Below are positions 59,469-64,000 of a stretch of DNA of 64,000 nucleotides, in pieces; position 1 is the stretch's first letter; every line of letters begins with the position of its first letter. Source of the DNA: Oopsacas minuta (taxonomy: Eukaryota; Animalia; Porifera); assembly GCA_024704765.1 (NCBI GenBank), contig JAKMXF010000356.1, positions 1 to 64,000 on the forward strand, read 5' to 3'. Below the pieces are notes generated by a model. That model was not told the origin of the DNA. It searched no databases and saw nothing but the letters and a program-made list of their open reading frames with translations. A program made the translations under genes and the position numbers.

Positions 59469-59847
59469 ATATCTTATACAGTTTGGTTTGTGGTCAGTGA
59501 AATGTATTTCAAAACAATACAACTATGCTTTAAGGAAGTAGAAGACAAGATATACGTACATTATGTGTTCAATTCTCCATCCAACCCCTATACAATTCTC
59601 GAATTATTTCAACACAAACAGTCTGAGATAATTCCCTAGATATGAAGCTAAGAACCAAAAGTTTGTCTGCTTATATTGAATAGTAATGAGTAAATAGGTT
59701 TAATGAATATTCTATCAGCAAATACACTACATAACTATAATACTGTCTACATAATACATATCAATTAGCACTGTTACACTACAGCTAGAACCTACAATAC
59801 TAAATTGTTAGTTGTTAGAAGAGAAAGCGAGCAGTTTGTAGCGAGGA

Positions 59848-61820
59848 TTATTTCTTTGTCCAGAAGTACAGATGTTCATCTTTATCTGTAAAGTCGAATT
59901 CAATGCAATACTTGATAAAAAATGGAATTCCAAATAACCAGTCAATGCCTCTATCGGGATTTTTACCAACACCACATTGGCACGTTTCTCCCATTACAAT
60001 GATATAATATTTGGATTCTAAAGTGATCTTTGATTCACCAAACATTATTTCAATAGTTGGGAACTCAGGGATATTCTTGCAATCAACAATCCCATGTGCA
60101 TCAGCATCTATAGATAGAAAACAAACATCAGATTAGGTTAAACCAAATTCTAAAAGATATTTAATGAATTAGAATCCATTTTTGTATCTTCAAAGTATAT
60201 AGTAAATTGGAACCACTCCATTCTGGTCCAGTGACCGATCTACTCTATATCAAATTCGATAGTTTGGCCCTAGCAAGCGAAGCGTACTTGTATTTATATT
60301 GACATTACAAATATTTGCTTACTTATCTCTTTGAGTAAATCATCTACAAATTCTTTCGGTCCATAGATAGATGCAGATCCTGAATCTACTAATATTTTAC
60401 ATTTGTGTATATCCTCACTACAGTAAAAAACATCTCCTACTTTAAGACTTGTCATTTCTGTCATATAATGTTCCTTAAGTTGAATACCAACTTTAACTCC
60501 GCTGTCTGCCTCCACAAGAGCCTCATTGTGACCTCCAAAAGTTATATCTCCTCCATCCATAGCAGTCTTTGCCTCTTTTACACACAGTGAATAGGCTGGT
60601 TCCGTAATTAGATTCTGTGCTATCATGTTATATATTACAGAAGGTTGATTGTGTTTTGTATCCATATTCAAACCTGAAGATTGTATTGGAATTATTTCCA
60701 ATCATGGTAATATTCATTGTGTACATTTTGAATGTATTCGTAATATGAGGGATACATTCAATTGGTCATATCGTGCATTTGTGGGAAATAATGTTCATAT
60801 ACACTTTCACCCCTGATTAATCACATATTGACACCTTTTTGACAAATTTCAAATTTAAGCTTAAGGATTACTTTCAACGGTTACATTGGAGTAAGAAAGT
60901 ATTCTGAATCCTGGTTCTATTGTTGTTTATGATTATAAAGAAAACAAATTGAGATATCTAAATATGAACTATTGAGTAGAATGTAATTTGAAGGAATTCA
61001 GATCGACAACTAACCCATTACACCATCAGCATATCTAAAGTTCAAAGTAGTGTCATCAGCAGCACCAAACAGCTGTGCTTTTACTGCAATTAAGTCTGTT
61101 ACATGAACATCAACACATGTTACCTCTTTACCTGTTATACGCCCCCCACCTGAATATCCAAGTTTGAAAGGCCTGTATAGCGGAGCTTTGTCAAGAACGA
61201 ACTTAGCATGTCCCTTACAATTGTCGTTTTTATCATCCAAGCACTCATTACTAAATACCCACAGGAGATCTGATCCTGAATCTAGCACAACCTAAGATAG
61301 CGTATTTAGATCTTTTTAGCTTAGAATCGAAGGAACAATTATAGTTACACAAAAGTTGGATAAAACAAATATATTATTTGGTAATATTACAACTCTAATT
61401 TATAAACTGAAAAATATTGTTAAATAATCCATTATTTCCATAAACTTGCAACTTCCCGCTCCTCCAATACACCCCTGCATATAAGCTATCTCTGGATAGA
61501 GCAAGCTATTGACTTACTGCAGTTACTGAAATAAATATATAACTCACTCTGAATGGTTGTTTAGCTGCACCGATTTCAATAATCATTACCAGCCGCAGTC
61601 CATTATTTACAGCTGGCACAGAAAGACTCTCTTTAACCGCAGATAGGTCTACTTCACATTGGCTTTGATTAGACATAAATTTACAGTTCCAATCTCGAGG
61701 ATTTATTACATCTAAACTAACAGAAAATATTTTCTTATTCTCTTCTACTCCTGGTTTGGAGGCTACGTATCCCAGAGATATCGTCACAATGATACAGAGT
61801 AAACACACACGAGAATACAT
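59848..61820 (-). CDS. Aspartic protease AP8
   Basis: Exons 61548-61820, 61015-61291, 60323-60673, 59848-60107; DSGS / DSGS, flap YSGG. Confidence 0.93.
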
Positions 61821-62404
61821 CTTGATAGATAAAGTGAATATGTGTTATACTCTATTCTCACGTTTTTATACATTTTTCTTACCTCTGTGAGAACAATGAG
61901 TGTGAAGGTGGTTATTTGGGTGTTGAGTCCTTTCATATAGTGTAAAGTCAGTTAGAAATATTCTAATCTGTATTCAACCGTTTTCCATTTCTTTTTGAGC
62001 TGATATTTTCTAATGTGCTTGAATTAACATATACATTCCAAACTATTGAAATTCAGTCATTCAATTACTCAGATCTTCTTTTGTTGTACTTTTGCGAATT
62101 ATTGCGTCAAAATATTTGGAATTTGAAAACTTTTCACCATCCCGCTTCGCATACCCACGGCAATTCTGTTTCCAATTCGTAACCATTCTTTTGTGTCGGA
62201 ACAGAGGAATTCCTGTACACTCTACAAAGTAACAATATAGGACCAGAGGGAGTCACATGACAGAATATTCTGCTTCAAAGTAATAGACTATTATTATAGC
62301 ATTTAATGAATATTCTATCAGCAAATACACTACATAACTATAATACTGTCTACATAATACATATCAATTAGCACTGTTGCACTACAGCTAGAACCTACAA
62401 TACT
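61821..62404. repeat. Duplicated intergenic spacer AP8/AP9 (partner 55162-55744)
   Basis: About 99% identical to 55162-55744 by eye. Confidence 0.95.
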
Positions 62405-62430
62405 AGCAACTAGAGCCGAGTAATTATTCC

Positions 62431-63908
62431 TTATAGCTTAGCATAGAAACAGATTGCTTCGTTCTTGGCTTTAAAGTCGAACTGAACATAATACTTCACA
62501 AACAGTGGTACACCGAATGACCAATCGAAGTCCTCGCCAAAATCATTTAACTTGATGGTTGAGAAACACTCCCTGTCATCTTCTTGGATGTAATATTTAG
62601 CTTCCAAAGTAATCAAATGTTTACCAAACATTATTTCAATAGCAGGAGTGGATTCTCTTGTCTTGCAGTCCACTAAACCATCATCACCAGGTTCTATAGG
62701 AATATAATTGAGTGCATAAATCTCAAATATACTCTCTCTCTCTCTCTCTCTCTATTTAATTATGAATCAACATTTCTTGGATGAATAGTGTAAACATATT
62801 GTTATACTCAAAATAGTAAAGTACCAACTTACTCAGAATGGAATTTATTTTATCCAGAAAATTTTTTTGGACATGCATATCAGCATTTCCTGTATCAAGG
62901 AGTGCTATGCATTTATTTATATCTTTGCCACAGAAGAATTCTTCTCCTAACTTAAGACTGGTCATTTTTGTTCTAGTTTTTCCACCAGCTATCATTTTTG
63001 CCTTAACCCCATCTATTTTAAGATTTACAAGCTTTTCATTGTGACCTCCGAATGTAATCTCTCCTCCGTCTACTGCGGTTGCTCCCCCTTTCAAATAAAT
63101 TGAATAGGATGGTTCCTTAATTAGTTTCTGTTTAATCATATAATAGATTATTGACGGTTCTCCATCACCCAGATACATGTTGAGACCTATATTCATGTAA
63201 ACAAGCTAACATTATTCACTAATTAACCGTGTTAGAGCCTCACTTTTGATAGGTTAAGACATTTTGACAGGTTTCGACACAAACCTGACTTAATTGACTT
63301 ACCCATTATTCCATCGTAACCCTCATACTCATCATTAACTTCACCAGCTGCACCAAACATCACATCTTTGACTATAAGTTTTGTTGCCAAATGAATTTCG
63401 TCTGCTACTTTAACACCAGATACTTCTCCATCCGCATACCCTATTTTGAATATTTTATACTCCTTGTCTTCTTCCAGTTCGTATTTAGCATGTCCCTCAC
63501 AATTTTCATCTTCTTCATCCAAGCACTCATCACTAAATACCCATAAGATGTCAGCTCCTGTATCTAAGAGAACCTAAGTGTGTATATATATTGTAAATCA
63601 CGAGACTATATTCTATACTACAAACTTTAACTCACTTTGAATGCTTGTTGTTTTTTACCTATTTTTATCGTTATAATGTATCTCATAGCATCATCCAAAT
63701 TGTTTACAAGTGCAGCATCCATAATCCCAGATAGCTTAACTTCACATTTGCTTTGATTAGACATCAATTTGCAGAATCTATCTCGCGGATGTATTACATC
63801 AAAATTTACAGAAAATATTCTGTCATTTTCTTCCGCTCCTGGTTTGGAGGCTACGTATCCCAGAGATAACGTCACAATGATACAGAGCAAGCACACACGA
63901 GAATACAT
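62431..63908 (-). CDS. Aspartic protease AP9
   Basis: Exons 63636-63908, 63303-63573, 62833-63186, 62431-62693; DTGA / DTGN, flap YADG. Confidence 0.92.
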
Positions 63909-64000
63909 ATTTTAAGATAGGTTAGATCTACGAATTCTTTTCTCGTATTTATATATTCACTGGAAAAATAGATTTGTGAGTGTTATGATCGGACTTTGAA

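Noticed and set aside
42985-62410. Regularly recurring conserved block as a CRISPR-like array
   Set aside because: Repeats are about 130 bp, separated by kilobase multi-exon genes, in a eukaryotic context with no cas genes; they are 3' UTRs.

Overview
AT-rich, compact, intron-containing animal genomic DNA; no prokaryotic features, rRNA, tRNA or CRISPR were seen. The gene families look sponge-like (possibly a glass sponge), but that is a guess I cannot prove from this window. Left to right: a C-type lectin + Ig gene running off the left edge (-), a PLAAT/LRAT-family gene (+), a p55-type MAGUK with an extra PDZ (-), a RING-less coiled-coil/NHL gene (-), BUD23, RBBP5, CAP, an inverted copy of the NHL gene, and SMG6 (last five all +). 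RBBP5 and SMG6 together carry five intronless nested genes in three large introns: two ankyrin genes, one NHL gene, a coiled-coil/CAP-Gly gene and a coiled-coil gene. From 43 kb to the end lies a tandem array of secreted pepsin-family (A1) aspartic proteases on the - strand: 8 intact four-exon genes (AP1-AP6, AP8, AP9) and one remnant (AP7). This array is the most unusual part of the window. Promoters, signal peptides, 3' UTRs and some spacers are near-identical between copies, while substrate-contacting loops and net charge differ strongly. Most copies have lost the two acid-pH signature residues (pepsin Thr218 and Asp303), as renin has. Exon coordinates and counts were derived by hand.
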